Origin: Alphaproteobacteria bacterium
Lineage (GTDB): Bacteria; Pseudomonadota; Alphaproteobacteria; MPNO01; UBA830
Assembly: GCA_965243135.1 (NCBI GenBank)
Contig: OZ251539.1
Coordinates: forward strand, 1,120,001-1,184,000
DNA length: 64,000 nt
Reading direction: 5' to 3'
Positions 19,892-31,571 of the stretch are shown here, in pieces. The stretch's first letter is position 1. Every line of letters begins with the position of its first letter. The notes under the pieces are model-generated. The model saw nothing but the letters and a program-made list of their open reading frames with translations. It ran no database searches and was not told the DNA's origin. Both the position numbers and the translations under genes were made by a program.

Positions 19892-22036
19892 ATGATGGGG
19901 CAGGACGAGCTGATCGAGCGCGTGCGCGCCTACGATCCCGGCGCCGACGAAGAGGCGTTGAACAGGGCCTACGTCTACTCGATGGCGGCGCACGGCTCCC
20001 AGAAGCGCGCGTCCGGCGCGCCCTATTTTTCCCACCCCGTGGAAGTCGCGGGAATACTTGCCGGATACCGTCTGGACACGGCGTCGATCGTGACCGCCCT
20101 CCTTCACGACACCGTCGAAGATACGCTGGCCACGCTTCAGGAGATCCGCGCGCTGTTCGGCGACGAGGTCGCCCAGCTCGTCGACGGCGTGACCAAGCTT
20201 TCGAAGCTGGAACTGCAGTCCGTCGGCACCGAACAAGCCGAGAACTTCCGCAAGCTGCTGCTGGCGATTTCCGAGGACATCAGGGTTCTCCTGGTCAAGC
20301 TGGCGGACCGGCTCCACAACATGCGGACGTTGCGCCACATCGAGTCGCTGAAGCGGCGCACCCGGATCGCGCGGGAAACGATGGACATCTACGCGCCGCT
20401 GGCGGCGCGCATCGGCGTCCAGGAAATCAAGGAGGAACTCGAGGATCTGGCGTTTCGCGAGCTCTATCCGGACGAATGCGAATCCATCGCGCGGCGTCTC
20501 GACTACCTGCGGAGCGAGGGAGACGAAATCGTCGTGCGCATTTCCGACGAAATCGCCGGCATCCTCGTCGAAGCCGAAGTCGAGGCGTGGGTTTCCGGTC
20601 GGGTGAAGAGGCCGATTTCGGTTTGGCGCAAGATGCAGCGCAAGCACGTTCCCTTCGAGCGGCTCACGGACATCATCGCCTTTCGCGTCGTCGTCGCCTC
20701 GGTGGAGGACTGCTACAAGGCGCTGGGCGTCATACACACCAATTACCGGGTCGTTCCCAACGAGTTCGACGACTACATCTCGACGCCGAAGCCGAACGGC
20801 TACAAGTCGCTGCACACGGCCGTGGTGGGGGGCGACCACGACCCGATCGAGGTCCAGATCCGGACGACCGAAATGCACGACGTGGCGGAACTCGGCGTCG
20901 CGGCCCACTGGCAGTACAAGCAGGGCGCGGCGCTGACCGAGGGCAAGCGATACCGTTGGGTGAGCAATCTGCTCGACATCCTGGAGAGCGCCTCCAGCCC
21001 CGACGAATTTCTCGAGAACACGAAGCTCGAGATGTACGCCGACCAGGCGTTCTGCTTCACCCCCAAGGGACATATAATCACGTTGCCTCAGGGCGCCACG
21101 CCGATCGACTTCGCCTATGCGGTCCACTCGGAAATCGGCGACAGGTGCATCGGCGCCTACATCAACGGCAAGATGGCGCCGCTCAGGACCGAGTTGAGAA
21201 ACGGCGACCAGGTGGAAATCGTCACCTCCGCGGACGGGGCGCCTTCCCCCGTCTGGGAGCACTGGGTCGCGACCGGCAAGGCGCGGGCGCGCATCCGCAG
21301 ACACGTCAGGAAGCTGGAGCGCGGAGAATTCGTCCAGCTCGGCCGGGCGATACTGGATCCGATATTCCAGGCGGCGTCGCCGGGCATGCCGAAACGGATC
21401 CTCGAGCGGTTCGGGACGGCGAGCGAGGACGATCTCGCCGAGATGGTCGGCCGCGGCGACATTCCCATCAAGAGCGTGGTGTCGGCCGTCGTGCCGCCCG
21501 AGGCCGCTTCGAGGCTGAAGCTCGGCAAGGACAGGCGGCCCGGCGTTTCGAGCATGGCGATTCCGCCGCGCCCGGACACTCCCGTGGCGATACCGCTGCG
21601 GGGGCTGGAGCCCGGGGTGGCTGTCCATTACGCCAATTGCTGCCATCCGCTTCCCGGCGACCGGGTCGTCGCCATCCTCACGCGCGGAAAGGGAGCCTCG
21701 ATCCATACCCGTGACTGCGAGACGCTGGAGAGCTTCGCCGACATGCCGGAACGGTGGCTGGACGTCGCCTGGGACCTCGGGTCGGCGGGTCCCGAGCTCC
21801 GCGTCGGACGAATCGAACTCGAGGTGGCCAACGAACGGGGGGCGCTCGGCGCGCTCACCACGCTGATCGGCCGCCACAACGGCAACATCAGCAATCTCAA
21901 GATCACCGCCCGGTCGGAGGATTTCTTCCGGATGGTGATCGACATAGAAGTCGAGAGCGTCCGGCATCTTGGCGACATCGTCGCGGCGCTGCGCACGCTG
22001 CGGGCGATCGCGTCCGTGGACCGGGCGAAGAGCTGA
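19892..22036 (+). CDS. spoT: Bifunctional (p)ppGpp synthetase/hydrolase
   Basis: [30 protein letters not shown] (FTPKG, DFAY) and ACT domains. Confidence 0.95.
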   Translation: MMGQDELIERVRAYDPGADEEALNRAYVYSMAAHGSQKRASGAPYFSHPVEVAGILAGYRLDTASIVTALLHDTVEDTLATLQEIRALFGDEVAQLVDGVTKLSKLELQSVGTEQAENFRKLLLAISEDIRVLLVKLADRLHNMRTLRHIESLKRRTRIARETMDIYAPLAARIGVQEIKEELEDLAFRELYPDECESIARRLDYLRSEGDEIVVRISDEIAGILVEAEVEAWVSGRVKRPISVWRKMQRKHVPFERLTDIIAFRVVVASVEDCYKALGVIHTNYRVVPNEFDDYISTPKPNGYKSLHTAVVGGDHDPIEVQIRTTEMHDVAELGVAAHWQYKQGAALTEGKRYRWVSNLLDILESASSPDEFLENTKLEMYADQAFCFTPKGHIITLPQGATPIDFAYAVHSEIGDRCIGAYINGKMAPLRTELRNGDQVEIVTSADGAPSPVWEHWVATGKARARIRRHVRKLERGEFVQLGRAILDPIFQAASPGMPKRILERFGTASEDDLAEMVGRGDIPIKSVVSAVVPPEAASRLKLGKDRRPGVSSMAIPPRPDTPVAIPLRGLEPGVAVHYANCCHPLPGDRVVAILTRGKGASIHTRDCETLESFADMPERWLDVAWDLGSAGPELRVGRIELEVANERGALGALTTLIGRHNGNISNLKITARSEDFFRMVIDIEVESVRHLGDIVAALRTLRAIASVDRAKS

Positions 22037-22833
22037 TGACGTTCGGAGGAAGTCGCGGAGAGCCTGCGGCGGAGGGACGCCTGAGGCTCGGCGTCAACAT
22101 CGATCACGTGGCGACGATACGGAACGCGAGGGGCGGACTGCACCCCGATCCCGTTCGCGCCGCCCGCGCCGCCGCCCGCGCGGGCGCCGACGGCATAACG
22201 GCCCATCTTCGCGAGGACCGTCGGCACATGACGGACCGGGACATAGCGCGCCTGGTCGACGGCATCGAACTGCCGCTCAACCTTGAAATGGCGGCGACCG
22301 ACGAAATGCTGGACGTCGCGTTGAGGCATCTTCCGCAGGCGGCGTGCATCGTCCCCGAGAAGCGGCAGGAACGGACGACCGAAGGCGGGCTCGACGCGAT
22401 CGGGGATCGCGAGCGCCTCGCGCCTTTCGTCCGGCGGCTGGCGGAGGCCGGCATCCGGGCGTCGCTGTTCATCGAACCCGACCCGGCGCAGATCGACGCG
22501 GCCGCCGCGCTCGGCGCCCAGGTCGTGGAGTTGCATACCGGCGCCTATTGCGAGGCCGAGGGCGCGGAACGGAGGCGGCGCTTCGCCCGGATCCGGGCGG
22601 CCGCCGCCCACGCCGAGGCGGCCGGGCTGGAATGCCACGCGGGTCACGGCCTGAGCTACGATTCCGTCGCGCCGATCGCCGGCATCCCGACGATCGCGGA
22701 ACTGAACATCGGGCATTTTCTGGTTGGCGAGGCCATTTTCGGCGGACTGGAAAGCGCCATTGGACGCATGCGCGTTCTCATGGACGGCGCGCGCGCCGGC
22801 GCGGCCCGGAACGAAGCGGGAGGTTCCGCATGA
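22036..22833 (+). CDS. pdxJ: Pyridoxine 5'-phosphate synthase
   Basis: [35 protein letters not shown]. Confidence 0.96.
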   Translation: MTFGGSRGEPAAEGRLRLGVNIDHVATIRNARGGLHPDPVRAARAAARAGADGITAHLREDRRHMTDRDIARLVDGIELPLNLEMAATDEMLDVALRHLPQAACIVPEKRQERTTEGGLDAIGDRERLAPFVRRLAEAGIRASLFIEPDPAQIDAAAALGAQVVELHTGAYCEAEGAERRRRFARIRAAAAHAEAAGLECHAGHGLSYDSVAPIAGIPTIAELNIGHFLVGEAIFGGLESAIGRMRVLMDGARAGAARNEAGGSA

Positions 22834-23246
22834 TCGTCGGAATTGGCAGCGATCTCGTCGATATTCGCCGGATCGAGCGGACGCTCGAGCGTTTCGGGGA
22901 TCGCTTCACCCATCGCTGCTTCACCGAGGTCGAGCGCCGAAAGAGCGATCGCCGCCGTCTGCGCGCGGCGAGTTACGCCAGACGCTTCGCCGCGAAGGAG
23001 GCCTGCGCCAAGGCCCTGGGCACCGGGTTTCGCAAAGGCGTCTTCTGGCGCGACCTCGGCGTGGCGAACCTTCCCGGCGGCAAGCCGGCCATGGAACTGA
23101 CCGGCGGGGCGCTCTTGCGGCTGCGCGAACTCGTTCCGGACGGGATGCGCCCCCGCATCGACCTCACGATTACCGACGAGCCGCCGCTCGCCCAGGCGAT
23201 GGTCATCATCACGGCCGTTTCCGCAACGACCCGAGCGCGATCATGA
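22830..23246 (+). CDS. acpS: Holo-ACP synthase
   Basis: [21 protein letters not shown]. Confidence 0.95.
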   Translation: MIVGIGSDLVDIRRIERTLERFGDRFTHRCFTEVERRKSDRRRLRAASYARRFAAKEACAKALGTGFRKGVFWRDLGVANLPGGKPAMELTGGALLRLRELVPDGMRPRIDLTITDEPPLAQAMVIITAVSATTRARS

Positions 23247-23977
23247 CATCGAAGAAATCCGGCGGATTCTGGGAAACCGTAAAGACGCTCGTCTACGCCG
23301 TTCTGATCGCCCTTTTCATCAGAACGGTCGCGTTCGAGCCGTTCAACATACCGTCCGGCTCGATGGTTCCGACCTTGCTGGTCGGCGATTATCTGTTCGT
23401 GTCCAAGTATTCGTACGGATACAGCCGGTACTCCTTGCCTTTCGGACTGCCGCTCATTCCGGGGCGGATCTTCGGCGACCTCCCGGAACGCGGCGACGTC
23501 GCGGTGTTCAAGCTTCCGAAGGACAACTCGACCGATTACATCAAGCGCATCGTCGGGTTGCCGGGCGATCGCATCCAGGTGGTGCGCGGCCGGTTGCTCG
23601 TCAACGGCGCGCAGGTCGATCGCCGCCGGGTGGAAGACTATCCCGTCGGGTTGTTCGGGTCGGGCGCGCCGCAATTCGTCGAAACCCTTCCCGGCGGGAA
23701 GGCGCACCTCATCGTCGAACGCCGGGGAGACTTCGGCAGCCTGGACAACACCGCCGTCTACACGGTGCCGGACCGTCACGTCTTCGCGATGGGCGACAAC
23801 CGCGACGATTCGCTCGACAGCCGGGTGTTGGGACAGGTCGGTTTCATACCCGTCGAGAATCTCGTGGGCCGCGCCGAGTTCCTTTTTTTCTCGCACGATT
23901 CGTCGGCTTATCTCTGGGAGATCTGGAAATGGCCGACGGCGATCCGCTGGTCCAGACTCCTCCAGGGCATCGAATGA
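23243..23977 (+). CDS. lepB: Signal peptidase I
   Basis: [25 protein letters not shown]. Confidence 0.95.
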   Translation: MTSKKSGGFWETVKTLVYAVLIALFIRTVAFEPFNIPSGSMVPTLLVGDYLFVSKYSYGYSRYSLPFGLPLIPGRIFGDLPERGDVAVFKLPKDNSTDYIKRIVGLPGDRIQVVRGRLLVNGAQVDRRRVEDYPVGLFGSGAPQFVETLPGGKAHLIVERRGDFGSLDNTAVYTVPDRHVFAMGDNRDDSLDSRVLGQVGFIPVENLVGRAEFLFFSHDSSAYLWEIWKWPTAIRWSRLLQGIE

Positions 23978-24621
23978 CGGCGATCGAATCCTTGCTCGGC
24001 TACAGGTTCCGCGATCCCGGCTTGCTGGAGAAGGCGTTGACCCACGCCAGCGCGGACGGGTCCGACCGAAGCCAGAACCGCCTGGAGTTCCTCGGGGACC
24101 GCGTTCTGGGCTTGATCGTCGCCGAGATGCTGCTGGAGCGGTTTCCGTCCTCCTCCGTGGGCCGGATCGCGCGCCGGCACGCCGACCTCGTCAGCGGCAG
24201 CACGCTCGCCCAGGTCGGCCGCGACCTTTCGTTGCCGGAATTCCTTCGCGCCGACGGAACCGAAGCCGCCGCCAGCAGTTCCGTGATCGCAGGTTGCTGC
24301 GAGGCGGTCATTGGCGCGCTCTACCGCGACGGCGGGCTGGAGGCCGCGCGGTCCTTCGTTTGTCGTCGCTGGGCGCCCCTGATCGGCGAAGCGGAACCCC
24401 GGTCGCCCAAGACCGACCTTCAGGAATGGTGCCAGGCAAGGGGGTTGCCGTTGCCGGAATACGTTCTGGTCGACAGCTCCGGACCGCCGCACGAGCCCGT
24501 CTTCACGGTCGAACTCGCGGTGGAGGGGCGTCCGCCGGTTCGGGCGGCCGGCCCCGCCCGGCGCGCGGCCGAGAGGCGGGCCGCCGAGAAAGCGCTCGAC
24601 CGGATCGGCGCGGAAACATGA
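23974..24621 (+). CDS. rnc: Ribonuclease III (divergent active-site residues)
   Basis: ALTHAS, RLEFLGD, dsRBD PKT.LQEW, GPPH.P.F; lepB-rnc-era synteny. Confidence 0.92.
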   Translation: MTAIESLLGYRFRDPGLLEKALTHASADGSDRSQNRLEFLGDRVLGLIVAEMLLERFPSSSVGRIARRHADLVSGSTLAQVGRDLSLPEFLRADGTEAAASSSVIAGCCEAVIGALYRDGGLEAARSFVCRRWAPLIGEAEPRSPKTDLQEWCQARGLPLPEYVLVDSSGPPHEPVFTVELAVEGRPPVRAAGPARRAAERRAAEKALDRIGAET

Positions 24622-25535
24622 CTTCGCGGTCCAGGTGCGGCTTCGTCGCATTGCTGGGAGCGCCCAATACGGGCAAGTCGACGCTGATGAACGCGATGGT
24701 CGGAGCCAAGGTCTCCATCGTGACGCCCAAGGTCCAGACGACGCGCACCCGGATTCTCGGAGTCGCCGTCGTCGGCTCCACCCAGGCCGTATTCGTCGAC
24801 ACGCCCGGAATTTTCCGAGCGAAGCGGCGATTCGACCGGGCGATGGTCGCCGCGGCATGGGGCGGCGCTTCGGACGCCGACGTCGTGACCGTCCTGATCG
24901 ACGCCAAAGCCGGCGTCGGCGGCGACACGCGGCGCCTGGTCGAAAGGCTCGCGGCGGAGGGCAGGCAGGCTGTCTGCGTTCTCAACAAGATCGATCTCGT
25001 GCGCCGGGACAGCCTGCTGGCGCTTGCCGACGATTTGCGGCGCAGGGGGCCGTTCACGGACTTTTTCATGATCTCGGCGGCGAACGGCGACGGGGTCGAC
25101 GATCTGAAGGCGGCTCTCGCCGCGCGGCTTCCGGAGAGCCGCTGGTTGTTTCCGGAGGACCAGCTTTCGGACATGAACGATCGCCTGTTCGCGGCGGAAC
25201 TGACGCGCGAAAAGCTGTTTCTCAATCTCCATCAGGAACTTCCGTATTCGCTGACCGTGGAGACGGAGAGCTGGCGGCCGTTCAACGACGGAAGCGTCAG
25301 AGTGGAGCAGGTCGTCTATATTGAACGCGGGAGTCAGAAAGGCATCGTGTTGGGCAAGGGCGGAGCGCGAATCAGGCGCGTTCGTACGCAAGTGCAAGAA
25401 GAGCTTCGCGCGATCCTCGGGTGCGAAGTGCATCTTTTCCTGTTCGTCAAGGTCCGCGAGAACTGGCATGACGATCCCGAACGCTATCGCGACTGGGGGC
25501 TCGATTACGCCCTGTCCGGCCGCATGCACCGCTGA
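24618..25535 (+). CDS. era: GTPase Era
   Basis: GAPNTGKST, QTTR, DTPG, NKID, KH domain. Confidence 0.96.
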   Translation: MTSRSRCGFVALLGAPNTGKSTLMNAMVGAKVSIVTPKVQTTRTRILGVAVVGSTQAVFVDTPGIFRAKRRFDRAMVAAAWGGASDADVVTVLIDAKAGVGGDTRRLVERLAAEGRQAVCVLNKIDLVRRDSLLALADDLRRRGPFTDFFMISAANGDGVDDLKAALAARLPESRWLFPEDQLSDMNDRLFAAELTREKLFLNLHQELPYSLTVETESWRPFNDGSVRVEQVVYIERGSQKGIVLGKGGARIRRVRTQVQEELRAILGCEVHLFLFVKVRENWHDDPERYRDWGLDYALSGRMHR

Positions 25536-25551
25536 TGACCGGCCGGCCCTG

Positions 25552-25577
25552 CCGCCCTCGCGACGGAGATTCCCGAC
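25552..25577 (+). repeat. 26-bp dispersed motif, copy 2 (left border of era-recO island)
   Basis: CCGCCCTCGCGACGGAGATTCCCGAC, starting 17 nt after the era stop. Confidence 0.5.
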
Positions 25578-25617
25578 TGCTCGCGTCGCGTTTCGGACTC
25601 GATGGGGGCGGTAACGG

Positions 25618-26799
25618 ATGAATGAATGGAGGGACGGAATACCGGCCGTTTATCGGCCGGGATACGAACAAGCTCGGGCCGACAACCGGGATTTGGCCGA
25701 AAACTACGTAAGGCATACGCTTATCGGCGATCCGGAGGCCGACGCGGTGGCGGAGGCGCTGGCGGAATTCGACCAAGAGGAAGCGTATCGATTCATCCAC
25801 GCCGGAATGGAGCGGCAGGAAGCCGTTCTGCGGAACGCCCCTCCGGTCATGGGCGATTTCTTCGATCGGATCTCCGTTCCGCCCTCCTGGTTCGACCCGG
25901 CGACCTTGCGTCCGGGGATGTTGGCGTATCACCGGAACTCGGATCTGTTTATCGCCGCCCATGTGGCCGGAGTGCTCGTCGAGGGTTTCTCCACGACCAT
26001 CAGCCTGCCGTTTTTCCGGACGGGGAGGCTTACCGACTACGGCGTGCGGCGGCTTCGGCAGAATAACCGCCACCTCATCGAGATCTGCCTGCCGGGCGGT
26101 CTGGAACGACACGGAGACGGCTGGAAACTGTCGGTTCGAATCCGCCTGATACACGCCCAGGTAAGGCGCCTGCTTCGCAATGCGGAAGACTGGGACGCGG
26201 ACACCTGGGGCATGCCTCTCAGCGCGGCGCAGATGGCCTTCGCTTCCGCGGCGTTTTCCGCGCTGCTTTTGCGGAAAGTCGAAATGCTGGGGCTGCGCCT
26301 CGACAGAGCCGCCCGCGACGGTTTCATGGATATTTGGCGCTACACGGCATGGCTATTCGGCGTGCCGGAGGAGATACTCTTTCGCAATTACGACGACGCG
26401 ACGGAACTTTGCCGCGTAGGCTTCATATGCGAACCGCCGCCCGGACTGGAAGCGATCGCCATGGCGAACGGCCTGATCAACTCCGCGCCCCTTATCGTCG
26501 GCGCTACGGATCCGGCCGAACGGCGGGCCTTCACGAGTTTCGTGTACCGGGTTTCCCGCGCTCTCGTCGGCAATGCGCTGGCCGATCAACTCCGGTTTCC
26601 CAAGCAGCGGACCGCGGGTCTGCTGATCGCCATGCGCTGGCAGCTCAGGTTCCGGAGGCTGTTGGACCGGCTTGCGCCGCGCCGCGCCGACGCCCGCCAT
26701 TCCAAGAACTTCGTCACCCTGCTGGAACGCGCCGTCGTCGACGAGGCGGGCATCGGCTATCGCTTGCCCGACGATCTCGATGCGGCGAGCCCGTGGTAA
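25618..26799 (+). CDS. Oxygenase MpaB/DUF2236 (Lcp-like) family protein
   Basis: GDPEADA, VRIRLIHAQVR, WD...WGMPLS..QM, WRYTAWLFGV; no signal peptide. Confidence 0.8.
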   Translation: MNEWRDGIPAVYRPGYEQARADNRDLAENYVRHTLIGDPEADAVAEALAEFDQEEAYRFIHAGMERQEAVLRNAPPVMGDFFDRISVPPSWFDPATLRPGMLAYHRNSDLFIAAHVAGVLVEGFSTTISLPFFRTGRLTDYGVRRLRQNNRHLIEICLPGGLERHGDGWKLSVRIRLIHAQVRRLLRNAEDWDADTWGMPLSAAQMAFASAAFSALLLRKVEMLGLRLDRAARDGFMDIWRYTAWLFGVPEEILFRNYDDATELCRVGFICEPPPGLEAIAMANGLINSAPLIVGATDPAERRAFTSFVYRVSRALVGNALADQLRFPKQRTAGLLIAMRWQLRFRRLLDRLAPRRADARHSKNFVTLLERAVVDEAGIGYRLPDDLDAASPW

Positions 26800-27094
26800 G
26801 ACAGTTCGGGGCGCTCCCTCGGGGAACGTTCGGCCGGACGGTTTCCGGGCCGAGGGCCGCGCCGTTCATGGAGACGCCGTTGACTTGTTCGAATCCGCGA
26901 GGCTACTTTTCGCGCATGCAGCTTCGTCAGTTCCATGCCGTCGGCGTCCCGCCCCTCGGGCGGCCCCCGTTGCGGAGGCCCGATGACCGGTTGGCGGCGG
27001 GCCGGGCCCGCCGGAACTTCGCCGCCCTGCCGGAACGCCCCCGGTTGGACGGCGCGGGCTGCCGCTTGTCCAACCGCGCCGGCCTCGCGATTTC

Positions 27095-28291
27095 TTGTTA
27101 GACTTGGACCGGGTTCCGGCGACCCCGGGGGGTGCCCGACCCGACGACTCCCCGGCGGTGGACGCGCGCGGCGCGGCCAGGTTCCATGACCTGGACGTAC
27201 TCCGGGCCTCCGCCATGTTCCTGGGCGTATTGCTGCACGGCACCTTCTTTCTCCTGCCCTCCAAATGCTGGCCGGTGCAGCTCGAATATGCGGACACGAC
27301 CGCTATCGTCGCCAATCCGTACGGCTACGCCCTCCTGTTCATTCATGGGTTCCGGATGCCGGTGTTCTTCATGCTCAGCGGCTTTTTCACCGCAATGTTG
27401 TGGCAGCGACGGGGGCTGCAAGCGTTGGGCCGGCACCGCCTCAAGCGGATCGGTCTGCCGCTGCTGGCGTGCATGCTCACCATTATCCCGATCACCCATT
27501 GGATCATCACCTTCGCCGCCGGCCATACCGGAAAGGAACTCGCCGGCTGGTGCACTGCGGTGACCTGGCCGCCGCTGGCCTGGATGGGCGGTTTCTACCA
27601 CCTCTGGTTCCTCTGGTACTTGCTGCTGATGGCGGCGGCGTTCATCGTCATCGCCGGGCTGGGGGCGCGGTTCCGCCATGCCCTGTGGTGGCTGGCCGTT
27701 CCGCTGACCATGGCGCCCCAGTATTTCATGCGGAGCATCTTCGGCGCCGACAATCCCACCGAGGTGCTGCCCGAACCCTTCGTGTTCGCGTATTACGGCA
27801 CCTTCTTCCTGTTCGGGGTCTTCTTCTACCAGCGCAACATACAGGTGCGCCGGTGGTGGACCGTCGCGGTGCTGCCGGCGCTGTTGGTTTTCCCGCCGGG
27901 CGTGGCCTTCTCTTACCCCGAAGCCTTCGGTCTGGATGCGGCGGCAGTATGGGTGAACGGCGCGTCGGCGGCGTTGCAGGCCGCTTTTTCCTGGCTGATG
28001 TGCTTCGGTCTGATGGGGCTGTTCCGTTGGGTCGCGTCGCAGGAGCGGTTCTGGATGCGTTACATGTCCGATGCCTCCTATTGGATCTATCTGGGGCATG
28101 TCCCCCTGATCATCGCCGGGCAGTTGCTGATCGCGGACTGGCCCATCAGCGCGCACCTGAAGTATCTGATCGTCTGCCTGAGCGTCCCCGCCTTCCTGCT
28201 GCTGGTTTACCAGTACGGGGTCCGTTATACCGTCATCGGAACCATGCTGAACGGACCGCGCCGCCGCGTCCGCCCGGAAGCGCCGTGTTGA
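27095..28291 (+). CDS. Membrane acyltransferase, Acyl_transf_3/MdoC-like; start uncertain (27095-27158)
   Basis: RFHDLD.LRA.AM.LGVLLH, HGFRMPVFFMLSGFF, HLWFLWYL, ASYWIYL.H; many TM helices. Confidence 0.88.
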   Translation: MLDLDRVPATPGGARPDDSPAVDARGAARFHDLDVLRASAMFLGVLLHGTFFLLPSKCWPVQLEYADTTAIVANPYGYALLFIHGFRMPVFFMLSGFFTAMLWQRRGLQALGRHRLKRIGLPLLACMLTIIPITHWIITFAAGHTGKELAGWCTAVTWPPLAWMGGFYHLWFLWYLLLMAAAFIVIAGLGARFRHALWWLAVPLTMAPQYFMRSIFGADNPTEVLPEPFVFAYYGTFFLFGVFFYQRNIQVRRWWTVAVLPALLVFPPGVAFSYPEAFGLDAAAVWVNGASAALQAAFSWLMCFGLMGLFRWVASQERFWMRYMSDASYWIYLGHVPLIIAGQLLIADWPISAHLKYLIVCLSVPAFLLLVYQYGVRYTVIGTMLNGPRRRVRPEAPC

Positions 28292-29331
28292 CGTCGGCGG
28301 CCTCGTCCATTCCGCCGGTGTTCGTGCTGGGCTCCGGACGGTGCGGTTCGACAATGGTGTCGGACATCCTCAACCGCCATCCGCGCGTTCTCAGCCTGTC
28401 AGAGTTCTTCAGCAGCGTCGGGATGGGATCCTTCCGCTTCCGCCGGGTCACCGGCCGCCGGATGTGGGATTCGTACAGTCGGCAGTCCGCCCGCAGCCGG
28501 CTGCTCCTGCGGGGAGAATCCGACGAGGTGCTCTATCCGTTGGACGACCCGGGCGCCCGCTTCAGCCGACACGACGTGCCGCCCATCATGGGGGTCGCGC
28601 TGCCGCATCTCGGCGACAGGGTGGGGACGTTGTTCGATGAGCTGGAGCCGGTGGTCCTTAGCCAGCCCAAGCAGCCGCCCGCCGCCCACTTCCGGTACCT
28701 GTTCGAGTGGCTGTGCCGACGCCTGGACCGGAGCGTGTGGGTTGAACGCTCCGGGGGGTCGCTGATGTTCGGCTACCGGCTGGTGGACGAGTTTCCCGAC
28801 GCGCGGGTTATCCACGTCTACCGCGACGGGCGGGATACGGCCATCTCCATGAGCCGCCATTACGTCTTCCGCACCGTGGTGGCCACCATCGTGGCGCTCC
28901 GGCGCTGGGGCGTCGACGTCAACGCCTCGATGGTCCGGGGCAGGCGCTGGGACAACGCCGGCCTGTGGCTGGAGGCGCTGACCAGCAAGTTCTTCAACCC
29001 CGACCGGCTGCCTTACGACCGGCTCACCCTGTCGGACTTCGCGGCGTTCTGGAGCGCGATGATCGAGCGGGCCCACCGGATGTTCGGCGATTTCCCGTCC
29101 GAGCGCCTGCTGAACGTCCGCTTCGAAGAGGTGCTGGCCGATCCCGAAGCCCAGACGAGACGCATCATCCGGTTCATTTCCCCCGGCCTGGAAGACGAGG
29201 CATGGGTGCGCGAAGCGGCCCGGATCCCGCGGCCCGCGCGGTCCCGCTTCAAGCAACTGGGGGCCGAAGAACTGGCGCTGCTGACCAAGGGATGCCGCCC
29301 CGGGCTGGAACGTCTCGGCTACCCGCTCTGA
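28288..29331 (+). CDS. Sulfotransferase
   Basis: 5'-PSB VLGSGRCGST, 3'-PB IHVYRDGRDTAIS, VRFEE; TTG start overlapping the upstream TGA. Confidence 0.88.
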   Translation: MTSAASSIPPVFVLGSGRCGSTMVSDILNRHPRVLSLSEFFSSVGMGSFRFRRVTGRRMWDSYSRQSARSRLLLRGESDEVLYPLDDPGARFSRHDVPPIMGVALPHLGDRVGTLFDELEPVVLSQPKQPPAAHFRYLFEWLCRRLDRSVWVERSGGSLMFGYRLVDEFPDARVIHVYRDGRDTAISMSRHYVFRTVVATIVALRRWGVDVNASMVRGRRWDNAGLWLEALTSKFFNPDRLPYDRLTLSDFAAFWSAMIERAHRMFGDFPSERLLNVRFEEVLADPEAQTRRIIRFISPGLEDEAWVREAARIPRPARSRFKQLGAEELALLTKGCRPGLERLGYPL

Positions 29332-29340
29332 CGAACGCGC

Positions 29341-29510
29341 CCCTTCAAGTTTGACGTGCGATATTCCGGATGTGGTGGCTGACCGGCCGTTTGCATGTTG
29401 CGGAAAGGTCAGGCGATGCGATTAATCTCTGTGAGTTCAAAAACGGAGATTGGGCCAACGCCTACCATCACCTGACCCGCGACGAACGTTGCCAGATTGA
29501 CATTCCGCTA
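29341..29510 (+). mobile_element. IS30-family remnant: left end plus transposase N-terminal fragment
   Basis: CCCTTCAAGTTTGACGTGCG end; GGAG RBS then ANAYHHLTRDERCQI, resembling the IS30 HTH N-terminus; no start codon and no continuation. Confidence 0.6.
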
Positions 29511-29677
29511 TCAACTCCGTGTCGAACGCGCTCGCCTCCTGCGAGCGGGCAAGATTTTCGCGGAGCGACAGGTTCGCTCGCCCTCGCGCTTTTCCCCGCC
29601 GCCCGACCGTACCGCCGCGGAAACTGCCGGCTGCTTGTCGCGCGGCGCGGCGCGGGACAGCCGCCACCGCCGACTTC

Positions 29678-29706
29678 TTGACGGCTCCGGCGCGGCGGCC
29701 TACTCT
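29678..29706 (+). promoter_or_regulatory. Sigma70-type promoter, leaderless architecture
   Basis: TTGACG-N17-TACTCT-N6-ATG(29713); no SD sequence. Confidence 0.7.
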
Positions 29707-29712
29707 CGTCGA

Positions 29713-30703
29713 ATGGCGAAACGCATGCTTCCGATCGGCTTTTCCTCCCTCCGGGAGATCCGGAGGATGGACTGCTACTACGTCGACAAGACGGACCATG
29801 TCCGCCGCCTCGTCGAGAGGGGCAAGTACTATTTCCTGTCGCGTCCGCGCCGGTTCGGCAAGACCCTTCTGGTGGACACGCTGCAGAAGCTGTTCGAGGG
29901 AAGCGAGGAGCTGTTCCGGGACCTCGCCGTGCACGGCAAGTGGGACTGGTCGGCGCGCCACCCGGTCGTGCGGCTCAGCTTCGGCAGGGGCCATTTCGTC
30001 GTCCCGGACGGGGTTCGGATAACCGTGGAAAGGCAGCTGGCGGCGGCGGAGAGGCGCGCCGGCCTCGAACCGGGTCCCGTCGAGGCCTCGAACCGTTTCG
30101 GGGAATTGATCGAGGCCCTGCACGAGCGTACCGGACAGCAGGCGGTCGTGCTGGTGGACGAGTACGACAAGCCGATCCTGGACGCGCTCGGCGACCGGGA
30201 ACTGGCGCGGGCCAACCGGGACTTCCTGCGCAGCCTGTACGGGGCGATCAAGGACTGCGACGAGCAGCTCCGTTTCGTTTTCCTGACGGGGGTGAGCAAG
30301 TTATCGGGCCTGTTCTCGGGCCTGAACAACCTGATCGACATCACGTTGGAGCCGGAGTTCTCGGACATTTGCGGGTACACGGACGCGGAACTGGACGCGG
30401 TCTTCGCCCCGGAACTCGAGGGCCTGGACCGGGACGAGGTCCGGTGCTGGTACAACGGCTACAACTGGCGCGGGCCGGAGAGGGTCTACAACCCGTTCGG
30501 CCTCCTGCTGCTGTTTCGGCGGCGCGAGTTCCGCCCGTACTGGTTCCAGAGCGGCACGCCGACCTTCCTGGTCGAGACGCTGGCGCGCCGCAACCTGCCC
30601 ACTCCCCGCCTGGATGGCATGATCGGCAGCGAGAGCCTGCTCTCGACCTTCGACGTGGACAGGATCTCGGTCGAGGCGCTTCTGTTCCAGACCGGCTACC
30701 TCA
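29713..30703 (+). CDS. AAA-ATPase-like/PD-(D/E)XK protein copy B, exon 1
   Basis: Near-identical to copy A up to FQTGYL; homology stops at the GTGCG intron start. Confidence 0.92.
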
Positions 30704-31571
<868 letters not shown>

